In this document: one piece after another, positions 37,347 to 46,690 of the stretch | How positions within the stretch are numbered: position 1 is the first letter of the stretch | Layout of the letters: each line of letters begins with the position of its first letter | NCBI GenBank assembly: GCA_039208735.1 | Contig: JBCCQY010000020.1 | Location: 13,944 to 77,943, forward strand | Direction: 5' to 3' | Origin: Myxococcota bacterium | GTDB taxonomy: Bacteria; Myxococcota_A; UBA796; GCA-2862545 | Length of the DNA: 64,000 bases | Made by a program: the position numbers and the translations under genes | Notes under the pieces: model-generated | What the model saw: the letters and a program-made list of their open reading frames with translations, nothing else | What the model was told of the DNA's origin: nothing | Databases searched by the model: none

Positions 37347-39946
37347 GCCCGGACGCGGTTGGAGGTGGCGGCGACCTCGCGACCAAGTTGGCCATCGGGG
37401 CCTTGGTCGCTCTTCGCGAGGGTTTGTTCTGCCTCATTCAACCACCGTCGTGCGGCAAGAGGGTCGCCAAGCTGCGCACAGGCCGTGGCCAAAAGGCAGC
37501 TTCGCCGTAGTGCGGTGTTGAACATGAGGCCCTGGGGTTGGACCTCGATCGACCGTTCCGCAAAGCGCCGCGCATCGGCCCAGCGTTCGGCGTACGCGGC
37601 GGCTTCAGCCTTGCAATCCCACCAATACGCGTGGACCCCGCTCGGGAGCTTCAAGAGGAGGGGTTCGGACCGCTCGAGTTGTCCAGATGCAGAGACCAGA
37701 TCTCCGGCTTGCAGCATGGCCCGCGCCCCCAAGGTTCGAATCAGAAGTTCGTAGTAAGGAAGTCGGCGAATCCGTTCGTCCTTGAGCGCTTGAGCCACAT
37801 GGGGCTGGGCCTGCTCGGGCAGGCCGGCCTCAATTTCGAGCGTGGCGAAGTTTGCAAGAGCGAAGAGAGCCATCCGGCCATGGCCGCCGTGGGTCGCGAG
37901 GTGGAGCGCGGCTCGAAGCTCCGCCCGTCCCTCGTCCCAAGCTTCATCAAGGATCAGGGCGATCGCGAGGTGGTTTCGAGCGTCAGGCTCCTGCTGGACC
38001 CGGCCCATGTCCACTTGGTAGTCAAGATACTCGCGCAGTTGCTGTGTCGCGACGGCGATTCTGCCCCGTTGTAGGTTGCTTAGGCCAAGACCCCGAACCG
38101 CCATGCTTGCGGATTCAGGTTGGCGATGGTGGGTGGCCAGTTCATAGACGGTTCCGAACCAGTGCTGTGTCGCGGCAAAGTCACTGTGGCGAATGCCGTA
38201 CCAGCCGAGCGTGGTGTTGGCGTGAATGGCCGCCAAGGGGTCGAGGTTGGGCTCTTCAAGCAGTTCGAGCGCGAGCTTCCGCCCTTCCTGCCAATGTCCA
38301 GCTCGGTAGGTGTATTGCGCGAGTTTCGAGCGCTGGAGCTGGAGGATCTGTGGGTCTCCGAGCGCCTCCGCATGGCGAACCGCCTCTTCGATCATCGACA
38401 GGGACTGTTGGGCTTCGTCGTACCAAATGAGGATGTTAGCGAGGCCTGCGTAGAGCGAGGGCAGGTCGCGCAGCGGCGCGATGGCGAGGGTCGTCTCCAA
38501 CAGCGTCCGGAGCAGTGGAGCCGGACCCCTTTCGATCAGCACACACTGCGCGGCACGGACGCACCCCGCGGCCAGGGCGCCATCGTCGATTGCAAGGGCG
38601 CGCCGTGTCGCGGCAATCAGGTCGTCGAGATGTTCGACCAAGGTGCGGAATATTGTGCTGCGCGGTGGAATGACCCCTCCGTGTTGGTCAAGCGCGTCCG
38701 AAAAGAGGGTGACGAACCAGGCTCCGTGGAGCTGGCTGCCTGCGTGAACCTCGGTCGGATTCGCGTGATCCAGAACGAACTTCCGAATCGAAGGCAGCAT
38801 GCGGAAACGGCCATCCATCTCCCGGATCAGCCAAGACTGATCCCGAAGCGACTGCAGGACGTCACCGGCGGGTCGTTTGGCCGGGAGCACCACGTTCGCC
38901 TGACGCAAATCAAAGCTAGCCACCCAGGCTGACAATCGGCCGAGTGCGTGCCGGTCGTCGCGGTGGGTCAGACGCCAGGAACGCGAAAGCGACTCCGAAA
39001 GCGTGCGGGTGACGGGGTGAGGGCCTTCGGTGGCGATTTCGTCGAGAAACGACTGGGGGCCCAGCGCGCGGAGTCGTGCGATCGCTACGACGAGCGAGAG
39101 CGGCAGGCCGTCGACGGAGCGGGCGACTTTTTCCAACTCCTGATCCCCCACCGTCGTGGTCAGTCGATCCCGGATCAGCTGAACGCACGATGCAAGGCCG
39201 AGAGGTGCAAGTTCAAGGACGTGTTCGCCATCTTCGGAAAGCGTCAAGCGGCTTGTGAGCAAGAACCGGGCGTGGGGTACAGCGTCTTGGATTTGCCCGA
39301 TGAGGGGACGAATCGCATCGATCACCTGCTCCGCATTGTCCAGCACGATCAAGACGTCTTCGAGCGAGGCCAACGTTTGGGTGATGCTCTTGAGGGTGGC
39401 CTTGCCCCCCAACGACGCCGCCATCCCGATCACGAGACCATGATGGTCCTCGGCCGCCCGAAGGTCGACCCAAATGGCGTCGATTTGGCTCGGGATCAAA
39501 GCCTGCGCCAGACGGGTCTTGCCGACTCCCGCCGGACCAAGAATGGTGATCAACGGTCGCCGCTCCTGAACCCACGTCCGGAGTTGCTGCAGCTCGTGTT
39601 CTCGCCCCCGCATCGGCAGCGCGGACATCGCAACGCTGGTCACGACAGGCTGGACGTCCGCGTCAAGGCGATAGCCTCGGCCGCGGATGGTCCGTACGAC
39701 CGGTTCGTCCAGCACCGTGCGGAGTCGACTGACGACCTTTGAAAGCGCCTCATCGGCAACGACCACCTGACCTGGCCAAAGGAGGTCCATCAGCCGTTCG
39801 CGATCGAAGAGTTCACGCGGAGCCTCGACCATCGCAACGAGCAACTTCCATGGCAGGGGCTGCACATGCTGGGGTTCACCATCGATGAACAGCACGCCCT
39901 GGGTCACGTCCACCACGTGCTTTCCAAAACGGAACCGGCTGGGCAT
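37343..39946 (-). CDS. wHTH - NB-ARC/STAND ATPase - TPR transcriptional regulator
   Basis: LMDLLWPG...VSRLRTVL..VRTIRGRGYRL; GPAGVGKT; IVLDNAE; VDGLPLSL; TPR-like helices; paralog of 14511..17159. Confidence 0.88.
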   Translation of the reverse strand: MPSRFRFGKHVVDVTQGVLFIDGEPQHVQPLPWKLLVAMVEAPRELFDRERLMDLLWPGQVVVADEALSKVVSRLRTVLDEPVVRTIRGRGYRLDADVQPVVTSVAMSALPMRGREHELQQLRTWVQERRPLITILGPAGVGKTRLAQALIPSQIDAIWVDLRAAEDHHGLVIGMAASLGGKATLKSITQTLASLEDVLIVLDNAEQVIDAIRPLIGQIQDAVPHARFLLTSRLTLSEDGEHVLELAPLGLASCVQLIRDRLTTTVGDQELEKVARSVDGLPLSLVVAIARLRALGPQSFLDEIATEGPHPVTRTLSESLSRSWRLTHRDDRHALGRLSAWVASFDLRQANVVLPAKRPAGDVLQSLRDQSWLIREMDGRFRMLPSIRKFVLDHANPTEVHAGSQLHGAWFVTLFSDALDQHGGVIPPRSTIFRTLVEHLDDLIAATRRALAIDDGALAAGCVRAAQCVLIERGPAPLLRTLLETTLAIAPLRDLPSLYAGLANILIWYDEAQQSLSMIEEAVRHAEALGDPQILQLQRSKLAQYTYRAGHWQEGRKLALELLEEPNLDPLAAIHANTTLGWYGIRHSDFAATQHWFGTVYELATHHRQPESASMAVRGLGLSNLQRGRIAVATQQLREYLDYQVDMGRVQQEPDARNHLAIALILDEAWDEGRAELRAALHLATHGGHGRMALFALANFATLEIEAGLPEQAQPHVAQALKDERIRRLPYYELLIRTLGARAMLQAGDLVSASGQLERSEPLLLKLPSGVHAYWWDCKAEAAAYAERWADARRFAERSIEVQPQGLMFNTALRRSCLLATACAQLGDPLAARRWLNEAEQTLAKSDQGPDGQLGREVAATSNRVRA

Positions 39947-40081
39947 GCAGGGGGATAACGTCACGGCGGCAGAGGACCATCGGTTGGGCTGTGGCGAGCC
40001 GTTCCATTCTGTAGCGAGCGGAATGAGACGAGCCTGGGCACTCGAAGGGTATCGCTCGACGATGGCGATGCAGGAGGTACC

Positions 40082-40705
40082 ATGCTCACCCGTCTCATCT
40101 TGCTTTGCTCGGCGCTCACGGCCTGCACCGACGCTGGCGACCCGGTGGATACAGGGACGGATCCCGTTGGTGATGCGGACACGGACGCCGACACCGATGC
40201 GGACGCCGACGCCGACGCCGACACCGATGCGGACACGGACGCCGACACCGATGCGGACACGGACGCCGACACCGATGCGGACACGGATGCCGATACCGAC
40301 ACCGACCCGGGACCCGTGGACACGACGTTCGAGGATGTCAACTTCTTGGTGGAACTCGAGTCCTACGATGCCGACGAGGGACCGGGCACGGGCACCCCAG
40401 ACACCTGCACGGGCGCGGCCACGCTGACCATCGATGCGATGGACCAGCTGACCGGGAGCGCTTCGTGCACGTCGGTGAACTTCAAGACCGTGTGGACCTT
40501 CGTGTTCGACGGTTCGGTGTCGAACGGAGACGTGACCGGACAGGTCGAGGTCACGCACTTCAGTGGGACCACCGAAGATCTGCCGTTGACGGGGGCTCGC
40601 GTCGACGCCAATACACTGTCCGTTGGCTTTGACGAAACCTGGATGTTCACAGCTCAGCTCAACGTTGATCTCGAAAGTGCCATCCTTGCGACGGTGGTGC
40701 CCTAA
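40082..40705 (+). CDS. lipoprotein with (DADT)n acidic linker
   Basis: SD GGAGGT, lipobox LTAC, Asp-rich repeat then a beta-rich domain. Confidence 0.85.
   Translation: MLTRLILLCSALTACTDAGDPVDTGTDPVGDADTDADTDADADADADTDADTDADTDADTDADTDADTDADTDTDPGPVDTTFEDVNFLVELESYDADEGPGTGTPDTCTGAATLTIDAMDQLTGSASCTSVNFKTVWTFVFDGSVSNGDVTGQVEVTHFSGTTEDLPLTGARVDANTLSVGFDETWMFTAQLNVDLESAILATVVP
40172..40306 (+). repeat. coding tandem repeat (6/12/24-bp periodicity) encoding DADT
   Basis: GATGCGGACACGGACGCCGACACC units repeated. Confidence 0.85.
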
Positions 40706-40742
40706 CCGATGGTGTCGGCGAGGAACCGGTTAACCACTCGCC

Positions 40743-42257
40743 GTGTCGCTGATCCAACCATCTTGGGCCCCGCGAGACCATTACGGCGCAGCGCTTGCCG
40801 TGGTGGCGTTCGCCTTGCTTGCATTGTCCTTCCTCGGTGCCGATCCGCCGACGGAGCCCCCTTGGTTGATGGCGAAAGAGGAACTCATCGAGTTCGTGGT
40901 CGAGGGGCCCGCCAAGGCACATGAAGCCCGCAATTGGGCCTTGTTTGGCGAGTGGCATCGCAACCCCGTCGACAACTACCAGTTTTGGCGCATCCAATCG
41001 CCTCTCTGGGTGTACCCGCTCGCCGGAGCGTTCCGGTGGTTTGGTACGGGCTATGCGACCTTGCAGGCGTTTGCCGTCGGCTTCGCGTTGGTCGGAATGA
41101 TCGGACTCTGGCGGCTGCTGCGTGATGTCGCGCCTGGTCCACTCGGGGTGGCCGCCATGTGGCTTTACGGCACCTCGCTGCTGGTCACGCTGCTCAGTCG
41201 GTCTGGGATGACCGAAGTGGTGCTCAATGCCGCTGCCGTGTGGATGATGTGGACACTGGTACGAGGCCGAAACCACCCCGGTTACCTCGTCGCTTCGCAG
41301 ATCATCTTCGCCCTTGCGTTCTTTACGAAGCAAGGCATCATCTACCTGTTTCCGCTGCTCGTCGTTGCCAACGTCGCGGCCTTTCTTGCGTGGCGCCGAG
41401 AGGAGCGGTTCACCCTTGGTCGCTGGATTCCCGTGGCCACGGCCGTCGTGATCGCAGCCTTCACCACGGTCTATGTGGTGCAGCCCGAGTACCTTCGCAC
41501 GGTGGGCTGGAACACGACCCACATGGTCACCGGTGGAGGAACGGGCTCGGCACGGTCGGTCGGGTTGCTCGAGCGCATCTCGGTGCGGCGATTCGGCCTC
41601 GCGATGTGGCGATTTCTACCCTTCGTCGGCCTCTTCAGCCTTCCTGCGCTTGGGTTCATGGGGCTTCGAGCCTACCGAGACCGCGACGACCGGTCGTGGG
41701 TACTTGCTGGCTGGGGCGCGAGCGCGTGGTTTGCCGTTCTGTTGCTGCGGGAGTGGACCCTACGCCACGGCAGCATTCTGGTCTTTCCCACGCTCGTGCT
41801 CGGAGCCGCCGCGGCCGCATCGTTGTTGCAGGGGACCCGTCTCCCGTTGCGCCTTCGCCAAGGGTTCGTCGTCGTTGTGGTCGCATGTGGTCTGGCGTCA
41901 TCGATCTACGAACAGGGGCGGCGCCTAAGCGATGCGCGGTACACCTACGACCGCTTTGTCGAACAGGCCGAAGCTCACATTGGCCAGGAAGCACCGGTCG
42001 CGATTGGCCGGTTCGCGATGCCCTTTTTGCTAGGAAGCCGGTTCGACCTCTTCTATGTGAAGGAGTCGTTCAATCGTACTGCCCGAGCGGTTCGCGCTCT
42101 CGCCCCGACGCACTTCGTCCTTTTGAAACCTCGCGACGATGTCGAGGTTCAGCTTAGGCGCATGCGACTCAAATCCATCGTTGGGGATTGCCCAGTTCAG
42201 ATGAGGGTCTGGGAAATGCCCATGCGGCTTTGCGTTCGCGACACGCCCTCCAATTAA
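40743..42257 (+). CDS. ArnT/PMT-like (GT-C) membrane glycosyltransferase
   Basis: Multiple TM helices, EG...ARNW, QSPLW, SGMTEV, FFTKQ motifs. Confidence 0.75.
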   Translation: MSLIQPSWAPRDHYGAALAVVAFALLALSFLGADPPTEPPWLMAKEELIEFVVEGPAKAHEARNWALFGEWHRNPVDNYQFWRIQSPLWVYPLAGAFRWFGTGYATLQAFAVGFALVGMIGLWRLLRDVAPGPLGVAAMWLYGTSLLVTLLSRSGMTEVVLNAAAVWMMWTLVRGRNHPGYLVASQIIFALAFFTKQGIIYLFPLLVVANVAAFLAWRREERFTLGRWIPVATAVVIAAFTTVYVVQPEYLRTVGWNTTHMVTGGGTGSARSVGLLERISVRRFGLAMWRFLPFVGLFSLPALGFMGLRAYRDRDDRSWVLAGWGASAWFAVLLLREWTLRHGSILVFPTLVLGAAAAASLLQGTRLPLRLRQGFVVVVVACGLASSIYEQGRRLSDARYTYDRFVEQAEAHIGQEAPVAIGRFAMPFLLGSRFDLFYVKESFNRTARAVRALAPTHFVLLKPRDDVEVQLRRMRLKSIVGDCPVQMRVWEMPMRLCVRDTPSN

Positions 42258-42334
42258 GGCGACGCGGGCGGGAACTGTTGACACTCCGACATGTCTGACC
42301 ACCGAAGTCGATGCAACGACCTCCGGAGGCGAGG

Positions 42335-43234
42335 ATGAACTGGGGATTTCGTGGGGGCGTGGTCGCCCTTGCGTTTGGGATTGGCGTGGCGCAGGCTGCA
42401 CCTCCGGACTTGCAAGGGCCTGCGTCGGCCTGGGTGCTTGCCGACCAAGCGTCTCGGGACGCGGGGTTGGTCCTGGAGGTCTCGGGCCAATCGATCGATG
42501 CGACGATGCCAGTGGAAGTCGAGCAAGACCTGGAGCTTGCCGTCATCGACGGGCCCCGCAGCCGCCGGGCATGGATGCAAGGACAGCTGCTGTACTTGGT
42601 CACGGGTCGCCAAGGTACGCTCCGTGCGACTCGGCCAGGGATTGACGTAGAAACCGACATCGTGGCCATCTACGCCGACGAGGTCACCGCGCAGGCGCTT
42701 GCCGACGATGTGGGGGCGGTGCTCGAACGCGACCGGCGCCGGTGGCTGCTGCATGGAGATGACCTGCTGTTCGAGCTTGCCTATGTGGCGGTGCCGGATG
42801 CAACGATCGATGTCACGCCGGTAGCGGTGGTGCCTGACGGCAAGTCCGACGCCCAACGGCCGAAGCGGATTGCCTCGCGGCGTTTACCGGTGAAGCGGAC
42901 GAAGAAGACGCGCCGAAAGCGGATTGCGCGGCGTGCGCGAGTTCATGCCCCTCTCGCTGGGGCGGAAGGGGCCAAACCGTGGACGTTGTCGGTGAGCGAC
43001 CAAACCGCAGAACCTGTCTCGGATGCAGAGCGGTCGGCGGGTCTGGTGGGTTGGTATTGCCACGCGACCACCTGCATCGTGCTTGGGATCGATGGTCGGG
43101 CTCGCCGCTGCAACGAACAGCGCTGCGTGGACATGGGACCTTGGGCCGAGCGGCCCGATGGAATCGAGGTAGGGAACCGGCCCTACATTTGGAAGTCTGG
43201 CTACCTGGTGCCCGCGCCGGAGGTGAAGCAATGA
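42335..43234 (+). CDS. secreted hypothetical protein with basic linker and small Cys-containing C-terminal domain
   Basis: SD-like GGAGGCGAGG, signal peptide ending AQA-AP; stop overlaps the next ATG (ATGA). Confidence 0.7.
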   Translation: MNWGFRGGVVALAFGIGVAQAAPPDLQGPASAWVLADQASRDAGLVLEVSGQSIDATMPVEVEQDLELAVIDGPRSRRAWMQGQLLYLVTGRQGTLRATRPGIDVETDIVAIYADEVTAQALADDVGAVLERDRRRWLLHGDDLLFELAYVAVPDATIDVTPVAVVPDGKSDAQRPKRIASRRLPVKRTKKTRRKRIARRARVHAPLAGAEGAKPWTLSVSDQTAEPVSDAERSAGLVGWYCHATTCIVLGIDGRARRCNEQRCVDMGPWAERPDGIEVGNRPYIWKSGYLVPAPEVKQ

Positions 43235-43932
43235 GCGACTCCAATCCCTCTCGACGGAGACTCCTCGGGGGGCTCGCGGCGGCGGCCTCCGCACCGGCTT
43301 GGGTGGCGGCAGCGTTTGCCGCAGAGCCTCCCGAGCGGCAAATGGAGCTGTTCTCGACGTGGCACAACGCGCGCCGCATGGGCGTTCCGTTATTGGCCAT
43401 TGTCACTCCCACCGATCGCACCGCGTGGGAACGTGGCCGCGTCGTCGGGGCGATGTTGGCGGAGGCCGACGACAAGCTGATGGCCACCCTCCAGGGGTAT
43501 GCGCCGGTCTGTGCAACGGCGCTCGACCTACATCTGCTGGGCGTCGTCGTTCCGCCGGACGCTTGGTTTGCCGTGATCGGCACAAAGCAAGTGCCCGCCC
43601 GCACGGTTCCCATTGCCGGACCCCAGGTCGAGGTGACTTTCGAGGGCCGCGTCGGGCTTGCCACCCGGGCCCTACGGAAGGGACTCGCTGCGTTCACCCC
43701 GCTGTACGAGGAACCCAAACGTCGGACCGTGCTGAAGCGAGCGGCCCATGACGCTCGAGAAGTGTGGCTTCGTTCTCGCCTTCCCGGTAGCTACTGGGCG
43801 AACGAGACAGGATGTGGGCTGCACATCGAGGAATACGAGGATGGCGTCAGTTGGGCGTGTGGCATGGGTTCTGTGCCAGCCCGTGCGGCGCGTTTCTTGT
43901 ACTTCGCTGACGCAGACCTATGGCCTTGGTAG
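43231..43932 (+). CDS. Tat-exported hypothetical protein with C-terminal GCG...CGMG motif (candidate MNIO substrate)
   Basis: SD GGAGGTGA; MSDSNPSRRRLLGGLAAAASAPAWVAAAFA twin-arginine signal; tail PGSYWANETGCG...ACGMGSVPARAARFLYF. Confidence 0.78.
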   Translation: MSDSNPSRRRLLGGLAAAASAPAWVAAAFAAEPPERQMELFSTWHNARRMGVPLLAIVTPTDRTAWERGRVVGAMLAEADDKLMATLQGYAPVCATALDLHLLGVVVPPDAWFAVIGTKQVPARTVPIAGPQVEVTFEGRVGLATRALRKGLAAFTPLYEEPKRRTVLKRAAHDAREVWLRSRLPGSYWANETGCGLHIEEYEDGVSWACGMGSVPARAARFLYFADADLWPW

Positions 43933-45206
43933 GGTTCACCGTTCCCGCAAACCGGGTGGACCACCAACGGTGCGCCCAGGTCTTTGAGGCCGTGGACTAC
44001 CTTGAGGTGGTGCCCGAGTCGCTGGTGGAGCCGCGCGACCTGCCTGTGTTTGCGCCGAACGGCTACTTCCGGCGTGTCCTTGACCTTCAACAGCGGCTTG
44101 GCGTGCCGGTGGTGGCCCATGGCACCGGGCTCTCGGTTTGCTCGAACCATCCCTTGGATGGACCTCGGTTTGGACGATGGATCGAACGCGCTGCAGCGAT
44201 GGCGGACCGGCTTGATTTGCAGTGGTACACCGACCATGCGGGGGTCACGGCTCCGGCCGGGCTCAATCTCACCCTGCCGCTGGACGTGCCTCACAGTCGG
44301 GCGGCTCAAAACGCGGCTCGGGCCAGACTTTCGGCCCTGGCCGAGGCGGTTGGCGTCCCGGTTGGGATCGAGAACAGCGTGTATTATGCGCCGATGGCGG
44401 ACCCCAAGGATGAACCGCGTTGGTTGCGTACCCTCCTCGGTGAGGCCCACGTCTTGGTGTTGGATGTGCACAACCTGTGGACCCATGCGGTCAACTTTGG
44501 CATCGACATCGACGACTGGCTGGCCGAGGCTCCCCTCGACCGAGTCATCGAGGTGCACGTGTCGGGAGGAACCCTTGCGGACGCGCGATGGACGAATGGT
44601 GCCCCATGGCGACTCGACAGCCACGATGACGCGGTGCCTGAACCGGTCTGGGCGTTGCTCCAACGGGTGATTCCGAGGTGCCCCGCCCTGCGCGGAGTGA
44701 CGTTGGAGCGTCTCGAGGGGACCATCGCGGAGGCCGACGTGCCGGGGTTGCTCGAAGAGGTCGACCGCATTCGATCCATCCTCTTGGCCGCGCCGCCACC
44801 GTCGAGGGGTCCTGAATCGGTCCACCCCGAGTGTTCACTACCGGGCAACGACGATGAAGGGGCTGTCGAACTTCGCCTTGCGGACGCCTGGAGTTCCCGG
44901 GATCCGCAGGCCGCATTGCAGCAAATCGCAGACGATCCCGAGGCCCCGGGCTGGGTGCGCCAGGCTGTCGGGTTCGCCTTGGCCCACCCCGCCGGAGTGG
45001 GGATCTGCCGGCGACTGATCTTGCGGCAACGTTTCGAGCGTCTCATCCATGGCAGCGCGGAAGCCGAGCGGTGGTTTGAAACCGACCCTGCGAGCTTTGC
45101 CCGCGCGTTTATCGGCTACGCGGCCGCGACGCCACCCGTGGCCTACTTGCCCGTCGACGAAGCGATGCTCTTCGAACGCTGGGTCCATCAGGACGCACCG
45201 GGTTGA
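43920..45206 (+). CDS. DUF692 / MNIO (multinuclear non-heme iron oxidative enzyme) with C-terminal extension
   Basis: HGTGLS, WYTDH, GIEN, LDVHNL, EVHVSGG, DSHDDAVP..VW, TLER metal-ligand motifs. Confidence 0.9.
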   Translation: MALVGFTVPANRVDHQRCAQVFEAVDYLEVVPESLVEPRDLPVFAPNGYFRRVLDLQQRLGVPVVAHGTGLSVCSNHPLDGPRFGRWIERAAAMADRLDLQWYTDHAGVTAPAGLNLTLPLDVPHSRAAQNAARARLSALAEAVGVPVGIENSVYYAPMADPKDEPRWLRTLLGEAHVLVLDVHNLWTHAVNFGIDIDDWLAEAPLDRVIEVHVSGGTLADARWTNGAPWRLDSHDDAVPEPVWALLQRVIPRCPALRGVTLERLEGTIAEADVPGLLEEVDRIRSILLAAPPPSRGPESVHPECSLPGNDDEGAVELRLADAWSSRDPQAALQQIADDPEAPGWVRQAVGFALAHPAGVGICRRLILRQRFERLIHGSAEAERWFETDPASFARAFIGYAAATPPVAYLPVDEAMLFERWVHQDAPG

Positions 45207-45745
45207 TCATGCGCCTTCGTTTCGCTCTTTTGGTTGGGTTTGGCCTCCTCTTCATCGTGGCGTGGTGGGCGTTTCGAACGCCTCCGCCGGCCGAGCCGGT
45301 CGTTTTCGAGGCCCCCCCTGCCCCGGCTCCGAACCGTCGGGCTCGCGTTGGACCGCGCCATCCCCCACGGCCCGAGGTGGTGGACGCCGAGCCGGCGGAA
45401 GAGCCGAAAGGGGCGCCCGCCGTCGCCATTTCATCCACGTCGAAGTCGGCTCAGGAACACGTAATGGCGGGAGAGCGCGCGTTTGATGAAGGCGATCTCG
45501 AAGGCGCCTACGCCAACTTCCTCGCGGTGATCGAGTCCGAGCCGGATGACCCATTAGCAGCGTTTGCTCTCTATAAGCTGGCTTGGGTCGAGTACAACAT
45601 TGGTGAGGTGGATTCGGCCATCAGCGACATGACGTTGTTGGGCGAGTGGTTGGCCGAGCCCGTGTCAAACGCGGACCGCATGCTCCAGGGCGAGGTCGAA
45701 AAGGACCTCGCACGATTCAAGGACGAGGTGGCCGAGGAGGAGTAG
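45203..45745 (+). CDS. membrane-anchored TPR protein
   Basis: N-terminal TM, Pro-rich linker, FALYKLAWVEYNIGE TPR; start overlaps the upstream stop (alternative ATG 45209). Confidence 0.8.
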   Translation: MIMRLRFALLVGFGLLFIVAWWAFRTPPPAEPVVFEAPPAPAPNRRARVGPRHPPRPEVVDAEPAEEPKGAPAVAISSTSKSAQEHVMAGERAFDEGDLEGAYANFLAVIESEPDDPLAAFALYKLAWVEYNIGEVDSAISDMTLLGEWLAEPVSNADRMLQGEVEKDLARFKDEVAEEE

Positions 45746-46463
45746 TCTCACTCCCGGGGGCTCCAAGGCGGGATCCGAGTTCATTCAGGAGCGCCCCTCC
45801 GTCCCCTTCCAGCGTGGAGCCGTGCATGCACGCCAGTCGTCGGGGAGCCAGTTCGGCCAGGCGTTGGAGCATGGCCAAGGTTTGGGGCGCGTGCGAGAAG
45901 TAGTCCATCTCCCGACGAAACGCCTCGCAGGCCTCCAGCGTGGATGCGCCATCGGCGTGGGGAGCGTCTCCGGAACCGGGCTGGCTGAACAGATCGCCAC
46001 ACAGCAGGGTCTGGGTACGTTCGTCGAACAGAACGCCGTTGTCCCAGCCGTGAGGGACGTGCGGCGCGTCGATCCAGCGTAGTGGGCGGTTGCCGATCGC
46101 GATGGTGGCATCGTCGTGAGCGGCGTGAGGGGTTCGGCCATCGGCGAAGTCCGCAAGTCCCGTCATGGCCCCGATGCGGCTGCAAAGGGGTTGGGCATTG
46201 GGGGCTTGCGCCAAGATGGCGGCGAGGCCGCCACACTCGTCGGACTCCACGTGGCCCACGCCGATGTAGCGCAGCTGATGCAACGGAATCACGCGGCGTA
46301 TCGCATGGAGGACGTCGCTCGCCATCGCCGCCATGCCGGTGTGAAACAGCAACGCTTCGTCATCCACGACGAGGTACTGGTTGAACGAAAATCCGCCAGG
46401 GAGGGCGTCCAAGACGTGGTGGATGCGAAATACGCCGTCTGCGACTTCATCGACACGGGCCAT
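45717..46463 (-). CDS. MBL-fold metallo-hydrolase / ODP-like di-iron protein
   Basis: FNQYLV, LFHTG, GHVESDECGG, APHVPHGWD, LCGDLF, LACMHGS. Confidence 0.9.
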   Translation of the reverse strand: MARVDEVADGVFRIHHVLDALPGGFSFNQYLVVDDEALLFHTGMAAMASDVLHAIRRVIPLHQLRYIGVGHVESDECGGLAAILAQAPNAQPLCSRIGAMTGLADFADGRTPHAAHDDATIAIGNRPLRWIDAPHVPHGWDNGVLFDERTQTLLCGDLFSQPGSGDAPHADGASTLEACEAFRREMDYFSHAPQTLAMLQRLAELAPRRLACMHGSTLEGDGGALLNELGSRLGAPGSETTPPRPPRP

Positions 46464-46690
46464 GAGCGTTCTCCAATGAAGGGGACATCAGGCTCCTACG
46501 GGCGTTGGGGTCGCGGGGTTGTGGCAGGTTGTGCCAACGCTTGCCACGTCGTCACTGGCGGTTCGCCACGCCATGCTCGTCTCCACGGGTTCAGTTAGGC
46601 TTCCGATAGATGGGCAATGACCGAGGCGAAAGCTGCTTTAACGACGCTCACGGTTTTCAATGCCTCGCTCGACCGTGTCATGATCGCGGC

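Noticed and set aside
39947..40558. N-terminal extension (GVRVRIGV repeats) of the 1071-aa ORF
   Set aside because: It is the antisense reading of the DADT lipoprotein gene; the regulator starts at 39946.
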